Positions 9,744-20,382 of a DNA stretch of 64,000 bases are shown here, one piece after another (the stretch's first letter is position 1; each line of letters begins with the position of its first letter). The notes beneath the pieces are model-generated. The model did no database searches. It was not told where the DNA came from and worked only from the letters and a program-made list of their open reading frames with translations. The position numbers were made by a program, and so were the translations under genes. Location of the stretch: UHGV virus genome UHGV-0294963; one strand, written 5' to 3'. Source of the stretch: a virus.

Positions 9744-10347
9744 CTGATAACACTCCTTTACATTTTCTTAGGTACCATTGTACGCACGGCACCGATAATT
9801 TGGTTAAACCAGATTTATATAAATCAGTAACTTCTTTCGCCGGCATGTGAAGTTCCTTTGCGATTTCATTCACGCTCCATGGCGGTTCATCAGAAGTTCT
9901 GTTTATAACGTGAAGAACATTGATTTCTTTTGGAGTAAGGAGCTTCTCGACCACTTTCGAGATGTCCATCTGTTTCTGGTCGAATTCATATTTATCTTCT
10001 ATCTGTTCTTCCATTGGAATATCAGCGTCCTCGCATTCAAATTCCGAGAACGTCATTTCAGGATTTACCAGCTTATTCATCTGGTTCCTTATATAAGGAA
10101 AAGCATATGTGCTCAAGACTGTATATGTATCAGCGTCGAATCTGTCTATAGCTATCATCAATCCCATAACTCCAGCAGATACGAGCTCTTCGCTGTCGCT
10201 CTCACTCGGAAAGCGACTTGCGAAGTACATCTGATAGCATCTATGCACGAGACCCATATTGTTCAAAACCAACTTGTTTCTTACCTCAGGGTCTCTGGTT
10301 CTAGCATATTCCTTGAGCAATTCCTGATTTTGCTGTCCCCTGCTCAT
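9736..10347 (-). CDS. Phage-encoded RNA polymerase sigma factor (sigma-70 family, SigF/SigG-like)
   Basis: Region 2: LVLNNMGLVHRCYQMY and GVMGLMIAIDRFD with F.TYA..YIRN. Region 4 HTH: LTPKEINVL...WSVNEIAKELHMPAKEVTDLYKSGLTKL. Confidence 0.75.
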   Translation of the reverse strand: MSRGQQNQELLKEYARTRDPEVRNKLVLNNMGLVHRCYQMYFASRFPSESDSEELVSAGVMGLMIAIDRFDADTYTVLSTYAFPYIRNQMNKLVNPEMTFSEFECEDADIPMEEQIEDKYEFDQKQMDISKVVEKLLTPKEINVLHVINRTSDEPPWSVNEIAKELHMPAKEVTDLYKSGLTKLSVPCVQWYLRKCKGVLSDD

Positions 10348-10389
10348 ATAACCCTCCTCAGTCTTTCAATACTATAATATTGATGTGCG

Positions 10390-11922
10390 TCATGATTTAT
10401 CAACCCAGCCTCCGTTAGAGCGCTCCTTCGGTGGCATTTCATCCCAGGTATGCGATGAAGCCTTGTACTTCCTGACATTCAGCTTTTTAACCCAGATTCC
10501 GTTCTCTCTAACCCAGATGGTAGCAGACTTCTTCCAGACAGCGTAATACTTATTCTGATTATCATCAGAATTAACTTTACACGCTCTGAGGTCTAAGCAG
10601 GTACAATCTTGACCTGCTTCTAATATATGATATTGTCTGTCTTTCCGCCAGCCGTAGAACACCAGAGGGTCAGCTGACTCAGCCAGAACAGTACGAATGT
10701 TGTCCATAACATCTCTATAGACATTTATGCCCGCGACGTGCATATACTCATGTTCATCATAACAAGGTATTCCAAGTCGTATTCTATTTTCTGGATACTC
10801 GTAGTGTGGTGGCGGGTCTGCAAGTAGAGGCCCTTCATGATCACCTACAGAACTACCGGCAGAAGCCACACCATGACCTAGAAGCTCATCATCCTGTGCA
10901 GTGAGATTTTGATAGAAATATATATTAGGAATTGCCCATTGCGCATAGAAATTCCTATTAGCATTTATTGTCTGCTCCTGCTCTTGCTGTGGTGTATAAG
11001 GAGTTCCTCCTCTACTTCCTGACCAACCTATGAATTGTGGTGTTTCGGTTACGCCATCGCCACTGGCGTTAATCCAGGTTGGATTTGTGTGGGGCTTCGC
11101 GTTAGCGAGAGTAGTACCTATATTTACCTGACCGCTCTGGATTATTCGATTGTCGTCTGATTTCTGATTACGATAAAAGGTAGCAGTTACCGTACTCTGT
11201 CTCCATTGGGCAGTATAGGTTAAATCTTGCTGAACATTCTTCCAATTCTCATCGTTAGGTGACCACCCATCAAAATCAAAACCAGATTTCGTTACAGGAC
11301 CGGGCGGGTCAACTCTACCACCTTGAACAACAGTTTTAGAATAATCAGAAGTCGAACCTGCATAAGAACCACCATTCAGTTTATAGGTTACCGTATAACT
11401 CGGAAGCACCGTAACCGTATCATAGCTAGATATCTGAATACAATTCTCACCAGGACCTGAAGTAAACCAGGCTTGGAAATGCACATAGTAAGTACTGTTA
11501 GGAGCAAGTGGTACAATATCATCGAAAACGAATTTATACGCAGGACCTGGGCGTGGTTCCCAATAAGACTCTCCCGGTCTGGAATCATAATGAAAAACCA
11601 GATTCGGGTCTTTCACAATCCAAGAAGTACCATAATAGGTTCTGCCACCTGCGGATATCGACACCTGCATCGTGCAGTTATTACCACCTGCTATGTGGTC
11701 AGAACCACCATCAGAAGGAAAGGACTGACCTTCAGAATCTGCTATCTGGAACGTGAACGTAAATCCGCCAAGGTATGCAGTAGTATTACCTGTGTTCTCA
11801 ACCTTGATAACAAAATCATCAATGCTGTCATTGTTCCAGTACGGGTTTTCGAAAAACCATGAGCCGTCTGCGGGGGTAAAGTCACCATTCGTCATGGAAC
11901 CTTTTGTCAATACAATAGCCAT
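10390..11922 (-). CDS. Protein with Listeria-Bacteroides (Flg_new) repeats; putative virion or adhesion protein
   Basis: Repeat pattern FDFDGWSP...TYTAQW and FIGWSG...NFYAQW. Confidence 0.4.
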   Translation of the reverse strand: MAIVLTKGSMTNGDFTPADGSWFFENPYWNNDSIDDFVIKVENTGNTTAYLGGFTFTFQIADSEGQSFPSDGGSDHIAGGNNCTMQVSISAGGRTYYGTSWIVKDPNLVFHYDSRPGESYWEPRPGPAYKFVFDDIVPLAPNSTYYVHFQAWFTSGPGENCIQISSYDTVTVLPSYTVTYKLNGGSYAGSTSDYSKTVVQGGRVDPPGPVTKSGFDFDGWSPNDENWKNVQQDLTYTAQWRQSTVTATFYRNQKSDDNRIIQSGQVNIGTTLANAKPHTNPTWINASGDGVTETPQFIGWSGSRGGTPYTPQQEQEQTINANRNFYAQWAIPNIYFYQNLTAQDDELLGHGVASAGSSVGDHEGPLLADPPPHYEYPENRIRLGIPCYDEHEYMHVAGINVYRDVMDNIRTVLAESADPLVFYGWRKDRQYHILEAGQDCTCLDLRACKVNSDDNQNKYYAVWKKSATIWVRENGIWVKKLNVRKYKASSHTWDEMPPKERSNGGWVDKS

Positions 11923-11927
11923 CTAAG

Positions 11928-14813
11928 TCACCAACCTATTCCGATTGAACCGTCCGGTATAGTTTCACCTGCTCCTGGTGTAGGTTCGGTTGTCGAGATG
12001 TAAAGACGAGTGCCATCAGCGGTAATAAGATAATTGCAGTCAGAAGCCATACGACGTATTATCATACCATGCAGCAAATCGAGTGCTTGACCAGAACCCA
12101 AGCCAACCAGCAAATCAAGCCACGTTATTTTATCAGCTTCAATCGTACCCAGGCCACCGCCGAATTCGAGTAAAGTACCTTCACCGTCTACAAGAGATAA
12201 GCTGGTGGTCTCCTCACCGAACCGAGATTTAGCGATAGTTGCCCAAATAGGCTTATCAGGGTCGTTAATGTTTAGCACGTCACCCGCGGCGTTCTTTGCT
12301 GTGTAATAAGCCGTAGCAAAGAAGTCACCTGAAATCTTAGCAGCTATCCGAGTAGAAGCGGCAATCGGGTTTTGCTCCGTCGGTTGAGGGAAAACAGACC
12401 CTGGTGTATAGTTCAGGTCAGATTTTGAGTAGAACGAATAGGACTCACCGAGCGTAGCGGCTACCAACGTATTTTTCGCAGGCGGTACAGTCAGTGTAGT
12501 GCGAATTACGCACTCTTGCAGAAATTTACCAAGTGACAATCCCTGAAATGCAGGGTCGACATAATCTGCTATATTGAACCCGAGCTCTGCAAAGAACTGG
12601 CGAGCTGTAATGTGAGCCAAAGCCGACCGCATAGAATACTCCCAGCTTGCGGGTATTTCTGTATCATATTGGTGATATCTAGGTACAGCAGAATCGTATT
12701 TACCAGCAATTCCAGTTACTGATAACAAAGTTGGGTCCGCAGTATATACCTGAGTAGAAGCAAGTCTTACATAATTATTATTGTTATCCACGCTCAATAT
12801 CGTATAACAATACTCCTTACCGTTACCGTAAACATTGTTCTGATTATGTGTAACCTCGATAATGCAACCAGGAGAAATCTCAGATTCAGTCGTGAACGTG
12901 TCAGTGCTCTTAGTGTTACCGTTCTTATATGTGTATGTTCGACTTTCACGCAACGCTGTAGTCAGATTACTTAACCCTACTCGAATTATCGACGACTGTA
13001 CAGTTGATTGGTCGGTTATAGTACCACCGATGGTAACCACTGGTCTAACAGAACCTGGTTTTCTTATTAAGAACGGTTGATTATTCTTAATAGTGGCTAG
13101 AGCAATCGTTACTGACCAAGGGTATACCCGAGGATAACCGTCAGATAGAACATCACTGTCTCGAGTTAGAACAAGTTCATTAGGATACACTCGATTACCT
13201 TGAACCGTGAATACACCGTTCGTTATCGTCGCCGCGGCTACAGCAACCTCGTCCAGAAAATTTTTATCGCCATCTGGCCACAAAGCATACTGGTGAACCC
13301 ACTCTGGTGTGAACGTAGGTATATAAGCACCTCTTCTATTAAGTATAGAATATTTATGAGGGTTAGTTGCGGTAGCGTCATAGTCCTCAGAAGCAGTGCA
13401 GAAATAGACTCCATTCTGTTTCGAGTCAGAGCGATGCCAGATTATGACCAGGTCACCTTTCTGAAAAATATTGTTCTTAACCTTAAACCAAGACTGCCTG
13501 CCTTCATCATGAAATTCTGCATCAGATAACGCAGTATCCTCTGCAGACGCACTGTCACCCCTGAACAGCATATAATTCTGACCTTCATATATGCAAGCCG
13601 CTTTATCCGGTGCTGTTTTACCCCAGTAAGAACCTAGATACTCTGCCGTAACTTTATCCTTAAGATACAGCACAGCATTCTTCGTGCCGGTATTCAGTAT
13701 CTTAGTAAACGTCAGATTTTTCTTGAATTTTCCTTTGGTCGTAATACCGACGTCCGAGAAGTCACCTACTGCGATGCGACCGTCATCCTTCCTGACGGGG
13801 AAGACATAGATAGGACGTCCGGACGTAGGATAATCAGTGAACTTAGGGTCACCGTAGATTAGATATACATAATCATCACGCTGCTGCTCAGGAATTACAT
13901 CATAACCGGTAGCGTATATCTGGAACGGCTTACCAGTACCTAAGAAATCATGTTCGAGTTCTGATTTAGTCAAGCCGTAAACACCATTCCCTGCATACGC
14001 ACCAACACCGTTAACCCAATTCATATCGACATAACCAGCGGTGGTTACAAGAACAATACCGGAAGGATTAACCATGTTACGAAAGTCTGTACCGTGATTT
14101 AGAAGACCCCAAGAGTTTCCTCCGATGTCAAACCACAAGTAACCAGAAGCAGCCAAAGCAAGTCCGGATATATCAACCGTCTTGTGCATACAATCTTCTA
14201 TCAAACCGTTGCCTGCGAACAACAATCCCTGCGGACCATAATAAAGCGTATCTACATCAAGGTCCTTCATGCTTAAGCCTCGAACAATAAGCTGCAATCC
14301 CCCGAACTCTATATCATATGCTTGCATTTCCTCAAGAAAATCTAATATATCAGGATAAGCAGCGAATGTTAGATAACCATCTGCACCTACCGACGACTGA
14401 GTTCTCTTTCCGTTCACATCAGACACATAGCAGGTAAATATATTACCTACTGCTTTTTCAAGAGCTTCTTTGTCGTAGGCTTCTTCAGGCTTGGCTTCTT
14501 TGTAGTTACCATCACCTCCGACATAGAATTTATCAATGTAGGTATCATAATGAATACCAACAATCGGTATGGCACCCCAAGACGCACCAGGTACTCTAAT
14601 CGTAGTAGTGTAGAACGTCGTAGTGTCAGTAGAATGCTGCTTCCACTTCGTTCTATCAGCCGGTAGAGTAACAATTCTGGTTACACCGTACGTCACGAGT
14701 GTCTGGTAGATATAGTTCGTAATGACATCAGGGTCTGCACCAGTTTCTTTTAGAAACTCTTCATAAGATGACCAACCTACAACTCGGCCGGTGTTATAGG
14801 TTTTCTCTGCCAT
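11928..14813 (-). CDS. Large virion-associated protein (961 aa), putative tail or baseplate component
   Basis: Long ORF with no catalytic motifs. Co-located with the other large structural-like ORFs. Confidence 0.35.
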   Translation of the reverse strand: MAEKTYNTGRVVGWSSYEEFLKETGADPDVITNYIYQTLVTYGVTRIVTLPADRTKWKQHSTDTTTFYTTTIRVPGASWGAIPIVGIHYDTYIDKFYVGGDGNYKEAKPEEAYDKEALEKAVGNIFTCYVSDVNGKRTQSSVGADGYLTFAAYPDILDFLEEMQAYDIEFGGLQLIVRGLSMKDLDVDTLYYGPQGLLFAGNGLIEDCMHKTVDISGLALAASGYLWFDIGGNSWGLLNHGTDFRNMVNPSGIVLVTTAGYVDMNWVNGVGAYAGNGVYGLTKSELEHDFLGTGKPFQIYATGYDVIPEQQRDDYVYLIYGDPKFTDYPTSGRPIYVFPVRKDDGRIAVGDFSDVGITTKGKFKKNLTFTKILNTGTKNAVLYLKDKVTAEYLGSYWGKTAPDKAACIYEGQNYMLFRGDSASAEDTALSDAEFHDEGRQSWFKVKNNIFQKGDLVIIWHRSDSKQNGVYFCTASEDYDATATNPHKYSILNRRGAYIPTFTPEWVHQYALWPDGDKNFLDEVAVAAATITNGVFTVQGNRVYPNELVLTRDSDVLSDGYPRVYPWSVTIALATIKNNQPFLIRKPGSVRPVVTIGGTITDQSTVQSSIIRVGLSNLTTALRESRTYTYKNGNTKSTDTFTTESEISPGCIIEVTHNQNNVYGNGKEYCYTILSVDNNNNYVRLASTQVYTADPTLLSVTGIAGKYDSAVPRYHQYDTEIPASWEYSMRSALAHITARQFFAELGFNIADYVDPAFQGLSLGKFLQECVIRTTLTVPPAKNTLVAATLGESYSFYSKSDLNYTPGSVFPQPTEQNPIAASTRIAAKISGDFFATAYYTAKNAAGDVLNINDPDKPIWATIAKSRFGEETTSLSLVDGEGTLLEFGGGLGTIEADKITWLDLLVGLGSGQALDLLHGMIIRRMASDCNYLITADGTRLYISTTEPTPGAGETIPDGSIGIGW

Positions 14814-14817
14814 AAAA

Positions 14818-15702
14818 TCACTTCCTTTTTAAAATCTGAACAACAGTACATCTGCTTTTCTTCTCGAGCTCCCAGCGGTTGTCGCCGTAGAAGATATGCT
14901 CACCGTGCTCATTATAAGCATCAAGATACCAGTATGTATCATCTTCGTCCTCAACACCTGCTACGAGTGTACCGCCGGTAAGGTGTCTTGCAATAAGAAC
15001 AGTATCAAAGCTAAGAAGTAGCACCTGGGCTTGCTTCAATAAAGCGGCTTTTCGGATTGAAACTGCCTCATTGATTTTGTCTTCGAACATATCTGGTGTA
15101 ATATGTTCTTTGAATTCGTAGATTACTCTATTATCATATTTTGGGAATCGATACTGCGCATTGTGAACCTTTCCGCCGATGTATTCGACCATTTCCCAAT
15201 ATTCACCTCTGTCGAAGGTAAGTCTGCACATACGATAATCGTTCTTTACTCGAACAACCCACCACGTTTCCTCAGTGATTGCTCTCAGCTTTGAACGAGT
15301 TTGCGTGGTAGCTGCTGTGGTTTGTGTCTGCACCTGTGTATTAGGCTGTATGGTAAGAACCTTAGGCTTGCTGTTGATTACAGGTAAGCATAACTTGCGT
15401 TCTTTCACAATGTAGAACTGGTCGAAATATGACTGAAGACAATGTAGAACGCTGAACGGAACTGTATCAAGCGGGTTGTTCTCTACCAACTCATCTCTGC
15501 ACGTACCCATATCACGCTTAATGAACGGAAACAGGTTCATCACCCTATCTAACAATTCCATCACTGTCTGCTTCGCATTCGGAGTCCAGGATTTTAGAGC
15601 TGTAGAAATTCTGTAAGAACAAGAGCACAGCTCCTTACGCTGGTCTACATCCATTGCTAAATATAAAGGTCTTACAAATGCGTACATCAAACCGCCTCCC
15701 AT
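14818..15702 (-). CDS. Hypothetical protein (294 aa)
   Basis: ORF with an upstream promoter-like motif. Confidence 0.4.
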   Translation of the reverse strand: MGGGLMYAFVRPLYLAMDVDQRKELCSCSYRISTALKSWTPNAKQTVMELLDRVMNLFPFIKRDMGTCRDELVENNPLDTVPFSVLHCLQSYFDQFYIVKERKLCLPVINSKPKVLTIQPNTQVQTQTTAATTQTRSKLRAITEETWWVVRVKNDYRMCRLTFDRGEYWEMVEYIGGKVHNAQYRFPKYDNRVIYEFKEHITPDMFEDKINEAVSIRKAALLKQAQVLLLSFDTVLIARHLTGGTLVAGVEDEDDTYWYLDAYNEHGEHIFYGDNRWELEKKSRCTVVQILKRK

Positions 15703-15724
15703 AATATTTTCTTGTTACATACAC

Positions 15725-15767
15725 ATTATACAAGAAAACACCGAGGGCTTTCGAAGTTAAAGAACAC
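15725..15767 (-). promoter_or_regulatory. Candidate promoter (revcomp AACTTCGA, 20 nt, TATAAT)
   Basis: Recurrent architecture upstream of the 14818..15702 gene. Confidence 0.4.
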
Positions 15768-15774
15768 CTCGCAC

Positions 15775-15839
15775 TGCTTAACTGCTACCAGGTTTCACAA
15801 ACAAATACACAAAGTAAACCACTGCATTTAAGCAAAACC
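15775..15839 (-). terminator. Degenerate copy of the conserved inverted-repeat element (CTGCTTAA....CTGCATTTAAGCAAAACC) after a gene stop
   Basis: The right arm is identical to the arms at 33165, 52792 and 59756. Position is after the stop of the 15839..16396 gene and before the next promoter. Confidence 0.35.
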
Positions 15840-16396
15840 TACTCTGGTACATTCGCTTCTGCGTGCTCCAGAATTGCATCTATATCAGCAGTGGTAAACT
15901 CCAGCATATTCACCTGATTAAAGTAGCCAACCAAGAATTTTGCTGATTGTTCAGGTTCAACCCAGCTTAGCTTAAATGCCACGCCTATAGGAACGTCGTT
16001 CGCATCCAAAATAGCGGCACAGCTGTACCTGCCAGCATCGACGTCAGTAGGAGCAATACCGTCAGATGTTATCATGTCTGCATACGGTACTGTAACCACG
16101 TCGCCTTGAGACCAACCAGTCTGATGTCTGATACACAGAATACTACCTGTTTGCGGCATACCAGCACCGTTCGGGTTAATAAGAATGGGTCTTCCAGAAG
16201 CGTCACCGATGTAGAACTCACCGGTGTCCAGTATAATCGCTGGCTCACCTGGGTAAAGTTTCATCAGATTTCTATTCTGAGAAAACCCACGTTTAATCTG
16301 TATCAGGTCATAGCCTTCTTCATTCCTTGCCAACGACAACAACCAGGTACAACCCTTGCAGCACTTCTTGCCTGCTGTAGACAGAAAGTATTTCAT
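15839..16396 (-). CDS. Hypothetical protein (185 aa)
   Basis: SD AGGAGGTGATGTT before the ATG. No confident family. Confidence 0.4.
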   Translation of the reverse strand: MKYFLSTAGKKCCKGCTWLLSLARNEEGYDLIQIKRGFSQNRNLMKLYPGEPAIILDTGEFYIGDASGRPILINPNGAGMPQTGSILCIRHQTGWSQGDVVTVPYADMITSDGIAPTDVDAGRYSCAAILDANDVPIGVAFKLSWVEPEQSAKFLVGYFNQVNMLEFTTADIDAILEHAEANVPE

Positions 16397-16441
16397 AACA
16401 TCACCTCCTATTTATTCTAATATAGGTGATGAAATCAACTG

Positions 16442-17482
16442 TTATCGCTTGAGAGTATATAACACTCGCATAACATATTCACTCAGGTCATTCACATCCT
16501 TCTTAGGGAGCATTGGAATAATCGAGGTACGAGACTTCAGAGCTTGTTGAAGTTTAATTGCACCTTTCATACCTGCGTTGTCTCCGTCCATACAAATCAG
16601 AAACTCACGAATGTCCGTTGTATTTAGAAAATCTATCTGGGTACCCGAACCCGTACCTAGTAATGCCCACGCTGGTATACCATGACCCCAGAACGTCTGC
16701 GCATTGATAATAGACTCCACCAGTACTACTCGTTTAGCAAAGATACTATTATTCGGAACAATCTTATTAAACTCAAACACACCATAGACGGGTTTATCCA
16801 CACCGAGTGGATAGTTATACCATTTCTTATCCACAGCACGTCTTACGACAAATGCTACAGAACCGTCAGGTCTTTTCACAGGGAAGGTTACTGAATTGGT
16901 AACTGGGTCAAACCCCGTATCGAACACACGCTGAATAATAGGTTTGATATGACGAACGTCAGTTAGATAAGGAACCGAAGTAGTGCGATAAGACATCAAT
17001 TCTACCTCGGTGACTTCAGGAGGCTTAATCGGTGTTCTAGGAGCAAGTGTTATGTTGCCTGACCTGTCGACAAACTCTATATCAGATATAGTCTGTATAA
17101 AATCGAGTCCATATCTATCACTCGCTTCATGATTTGTGAGGTGATTTACCAGTGATATGATTGTGCCCTTAGCATCACAAGCAAAACAGTGATATTTACC
17201 ATAATGCGGATTGGCACGGTTGTGACATATTCCGAACGAGGGGTGCTGTTCATTACCCATACCGTGAAATGGACATTGAGTTAAGATATCATCACCGGAC
17301 TCGTTCCAGATACGAAAGAACGAAGTTGACGCCCGGAGAGCGTCGAACACGGCGTCTACATCAATTGACCTTAAATCAACCTGCTGCTGCATTACCAAAG
17401 AAAGCACCTCCCTGTCCTGAATCACCGCGAGATTGGATATAACCATGGTCAGGGTCCCAGGTATATGTAAAGTGTTCACCAA
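16442..17482 (-). CDS. DNA primase (DnaG-like; CHC2 zinc finger plus TOPRIM)
   Basis: CPFHGMGNEQHPSF...YHCFACDAKG zinc finger. TOPRIM block LVESII...LICMDGDNAGMKG. The true start is probably internal (around 17392), because the annotated N-terminus overlaps the helicase gene. Confidence 0.75.
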   Translation of the reverse strand: MVNTLHIPGTLTMVISNLAVIQDREVLSLVMQQQVDLRSIDVDAVFDALRASTSFFRIWNESGDDILTQCPFHGMGNEQHPSFGICHNRANPHYGKYHCFACDAKGTIISLVNHLTNHEASDRYGLDFIQTISDIEFVDRSGNITLAPRTPIKPPEVTEVELMSYRTTSVPYLTDVRHIKPIIQRVFDTGFDPVTNSVTFPVKRPDGSVAFVVRRAVDKKWYNYPLGVDKPVYGVFEFNKIVPNNSIFAKRVVLVESIINAQTFWGHGIPAWALLGTGSGTQIDFLNTTDIREFLICMDGDNAGMKGAIKLQQALKSRTSIIPMLPKKDVNDLSEYVMRVLYTLKR

Positions 17483-18641
17483 ACCTGCAGTTACGTCCTT
17501 TACCTATCTCAAGCTGAATTACCTGATGTGAATCCTCCGGATAAGCAATCGACATAACGAATGATGCGTGTATGTTCAAACCATCACCACCGCGAGCAGT
17601 TGATACATCAGGGTTCTGTGACGTATCTGAACCACCCCTGTTCGCCTGCTGAGTCACACCTATAGGACAACCTGTCTCTACGCTAACAGACATCAAGTCT
17701 TCAGCTACATCAGCAGTCGTACTGGTTTCGCTCTTATAAGCCGCATTGATACGCTCATTCTCGACATAAGTAATACCGTCAAGTAGTAACAAATCTAAAT
17801 TAGCAGTTTCAATCCAAGTTCTAAGTTTAGACGGAGTAATATGACCATTAAACTCCTTTCGGGACCTTATCAGAATACCCTCTTTTCCTTGCATTTCTTG
17901 AACGTAGCTGTTATAGGCGTTCATGTCTACAGCATCACCACGACGGAGTGCTGAATTGGAAATGCCTGACAAGAACGTGTCTATACGATAACCGATTGCG
18001 TCTTGACTCATCTCGATGGACGCGATTCCAACACGAAAACCGGCTCTCCAAGCAGCAACTGCTGTATAGATAAGAATCCAAGTCTTACCCATACCCAGTC
18101 TAGCAAGTATCGAGAACAGTTCACCAGATTTAGCCCAACCTCCAATAAGGGCGTCAATTTCAGGAAATCCAGTTGGAATGAACGCATTCGGGTCATTTGC
18201 TGTCTTAAGATACTTTTCTTGTCTATTACCTATCTGCTTAATCGCATCATAATCAGCATGCGTTGGAATTATAGCTCTGAGTTCATTTATCTTATCTTCC
18301 ACCAAACCCATAAGCTGAATACCATCATCTGGAAATCGTTGCTGACCTTCCTCGATTGCTCTAGATAGCTCATTCCATACATAATTCTCTTTAATCTTGT
18401 AAACAAGAAACTCACAGTCCTGAGAAACCTCATTCAGATTAGAACAAGGAAAATTCGGGAACTGTGACATCAGCTCACCTAAAGTTACAGAACCATACTG
18501 AAGATAACGAGTACGAACAAATTCAAGATATCGATAACTTACTCCGAAAAATTTATAGGTACATACATCTTGGTACTCAAAATACTGAATACACTGGTTG
18601 TTCATAACCATATTGATTATGATTTGTTCTGGTACAGTCAT
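17376..18641 (-). CDS. Replicative DNA helicase (DnaB-like)
   Basis: Walker A ARLGMGKTWILIYTA. SIEMS block. LLLLDGITYV Walker B-like. Sits upstream of the primase. Confidence 0.8.
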   Translation of the reverse strand: MTVPEQIIINMVMNNQCIQYFEYQDVCTYKFFGVSYRYLEFVRTRYLQYGSVTLGELMSQFPNFPCSNLNEVSQDCEFLVYKIKENYVWNELSRAIEEGQQRFPDDGIQLMGLVEDKINELRAIIPTHADYDAIKQIGNRQEKYLKTANDPNAFIPTGFPEIDALIGGWAKSGELFSILARLGMGKTWILIYTAVAAWRAGFRVGIASIEMSQDAIGYRIDTFLSGISNSALRRGDAVDMNAYNSYVQEMQGKEGILIRSRKEFNGHITPSKLRTWIETANLDLLLLDGITYVENERINAAYKSETSTTADVAEDLMSVSVETGCPIGVTQQANRGGSDTSQNPDVSTARGGDGLNIHASFVMSIAYPEDSHQVIQLEIGKGRNCRFGEHFTYTWDPDHGYIQSRGDSGQGGAFFGNAAAG

Positions 18642-18661
18642 CTAAACACCTCCTTCATGAC

Positions 18662-19831
18662 TTAGCCTAACGCGATTAGTACAGACTCCTTGGCACGAGT
18701 TATAGCCGTATAAATCGCCGACTTCTTCATGAAAGAGCACTGCTGATAGATAACGTTCTGCCACTCAGAGCCCTGACTCAGGTGTACAGTAAGTGCGTAT
18801 CCGTATTCAATCTTAGGCGGACGTACTGCTGCAGGAAAAAGTTCAGGACGAGTTGTACCTACGAAACTGAACGTACCTATATCCGGCGTCTCCATAACCA
18901 TATCAACAAGAGAATAGTTATGATTGTTGTGCTTAATCTTGCTGATTACACCTTGAGCACCATTCGTAAGTACAAATCCTTCTGAGGATGTGATGTTCGT
19001 ATTCGTACGGCAAATTACTCTATCGCCTACACTAAGCGGCTTAGACCTCTGTCTAAAGTCTAATGCAAGACTTCTCATTCGGCTGTTTAGCTCAGTTCTA
19101 GAAACATTTGTATCGGTTAAGACAATGTCTGCGTAGCAAAGTTCCTCATCAGAAACCGGTCCCTTACGAACCATACACGAACCATAACTACCTACCTTAA
19201 GTCGTCCTTGAAGAACTTCTTGCGACAGGTATATCACAGGACTACCTTGTGCCTGACGCACAATCTCGGTCAGATAATAATCACAGGTTTTGAACACTGA
19301 TGCGTCATTTACAGGAGGAAGCTGGTTTGGGTCACCCACCAGAAGTGTAGGGATACCGAACGACAACACGTCATTCAGGAGATTACCTCCAACCATACTA
19401 CCCTCATCGATAATAATGCACTTTACTCGGGCATCAAGCTCTTCCTTCAAAATGAAACGAGCTTCATCAGAACCGAAATCCCAACCTCGGTTCATACTCT
19501 GCTCAATAATATTAGCCAGATTCTTAAATTCACTTTCACCTGACGTTTCGAAGTCGATTGCTCCATCCTCAGAATTTTCTGACTGGACGTGATAAATCTG
19601 AGAATGAATTGTACGAGCCGGAAGAGCTGCTTTGATAAGATTGTTCGCAGCTTTACCTGTAGGTGTAATAAGAAGACAATTGTCAACACCGATTGCTTCT
19701 GCAACAAGAGCTATAAGATAACTCTTACCGCTACCTGCGGGCCCTCCGAGCTTAAACACATCAGATTCACGGTTTTCATACCAAGACATAATTCGCTTAT
19801 ACGCAACTTCCTGGCTTGCTGTAAGTGCCAT
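18662..19831 (-). CDS. SF1 DNA helicase (Dda/RecD-like)
   Basis: GGPAGSGKS Walker A. VGDPNQLPPV motif III. C-terminal helicase motifs. Confidence 0.8.
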   Translation of the reverse strand: MALTASQEVAYKRIMSWYENRESDVFKLGGPAGSGKSYLIALVAEAIGVDNCLLITPTGKAANNLIKAALPARTIHSQIYHVQSENSEDGAIDFETSGESEFKNLANIIEQSMNRGWDFGSDEARFILKEELDARVKCIIIDEGSMVGGNLLNDVLSFGIPTLLVGDPNQLPPVNDASVFKTCDYYLTEIVRQAQGSPVIYLSQEVLQGRLKVGSYGSCMVRKGPVSDEELCYADIVLTDTNVSRTELNSRMRSLALDFRQRSKPLSVGDRVICRTNTNITSSEGFVLTNGAQGVISKIKHNNHNYSLVDMVMETPDIGTFSFVGTTRPELFPAAVRPPKIEYGYALTVHLSQGSEWQNVIYQQCSFMKKSAIYTAITRAKESVLIALG

Positions 19832-20382
19832 TAGAATTCCTCCTTTATCTTTGCATCTCTTGCAATTCTATACATAATACTGCCTGCACAATTCAACGGG
19901 TCAGTCATAGACGTCGTTACAACGGTGATACAAGACTTATTCTGCCTAGCATCGTAGATAGCCTGAAGCATCAGGTCATCAATCTGAGTCAGATAAGAAA
20001 ACAGACCGTCAAGTACCAGACAACGAGCTCGAACTGCTCTTTGAACCATAGCCTGAACTGCATTGTCTCTCGCATATCTGTCTTGCGTTCGATTTTGATA
20101 GCACAGCTGATTAACTGAAATGTATAAACCAACGTCCTGAGTGTCAACGATGTATCTACGTGAATTTAGATAAGACATAAGTATAGCAGCTGCATTTGTA
20201 GTCTTACCTCTCTTCAGGCCGCTCAGCAAGACTACACCGTCAAATGTCTGAATATTATTACAGAGCTCGATGATATTCGGACGAATATATTCTTTAGAAA
20301 TGTTATTCATATCCTGAAATTTCTCAGGTACTTCTGCCTTACGCAACAACGTAGGAAACACGTCTACTACTGGATTATTCAT
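19831..20382 (-). CDS. Putative helicase loader (DnaC/IstB-like ATPase, short form)
   Basis: VLLSGLKRGKTT P-loop-like and LVLDGL Walker B. Located in the replication module. Confidence 0.45.
   Translation of the reverse strand: MNNPVVDVFPTLLRKAEVPEKFQDMNNISKEYIRPNIIELCNNIQTFDGVVLLSGLKRGKTTNAAAILMSYLNSRRYIVDTQDVGLYISVNQLCYQNRTQDRYARDNAVQAMVQRAVRARCLVLDGLFSYLTQIDDLMLQAIYDARQNKSCITVVTTSMTDPLNCAGSIMYRIARDAKIKEEF

Noticed and set aside
17376-17482. Apparent 107-nt overlap between the helicase and primase ORFs as a fusion or frameshift signal
   Set aside because: It is more simply explained by an internal start of the primase (an in-frame ATG near 17392), with translational coupling. No slippery heptamer was noticed.
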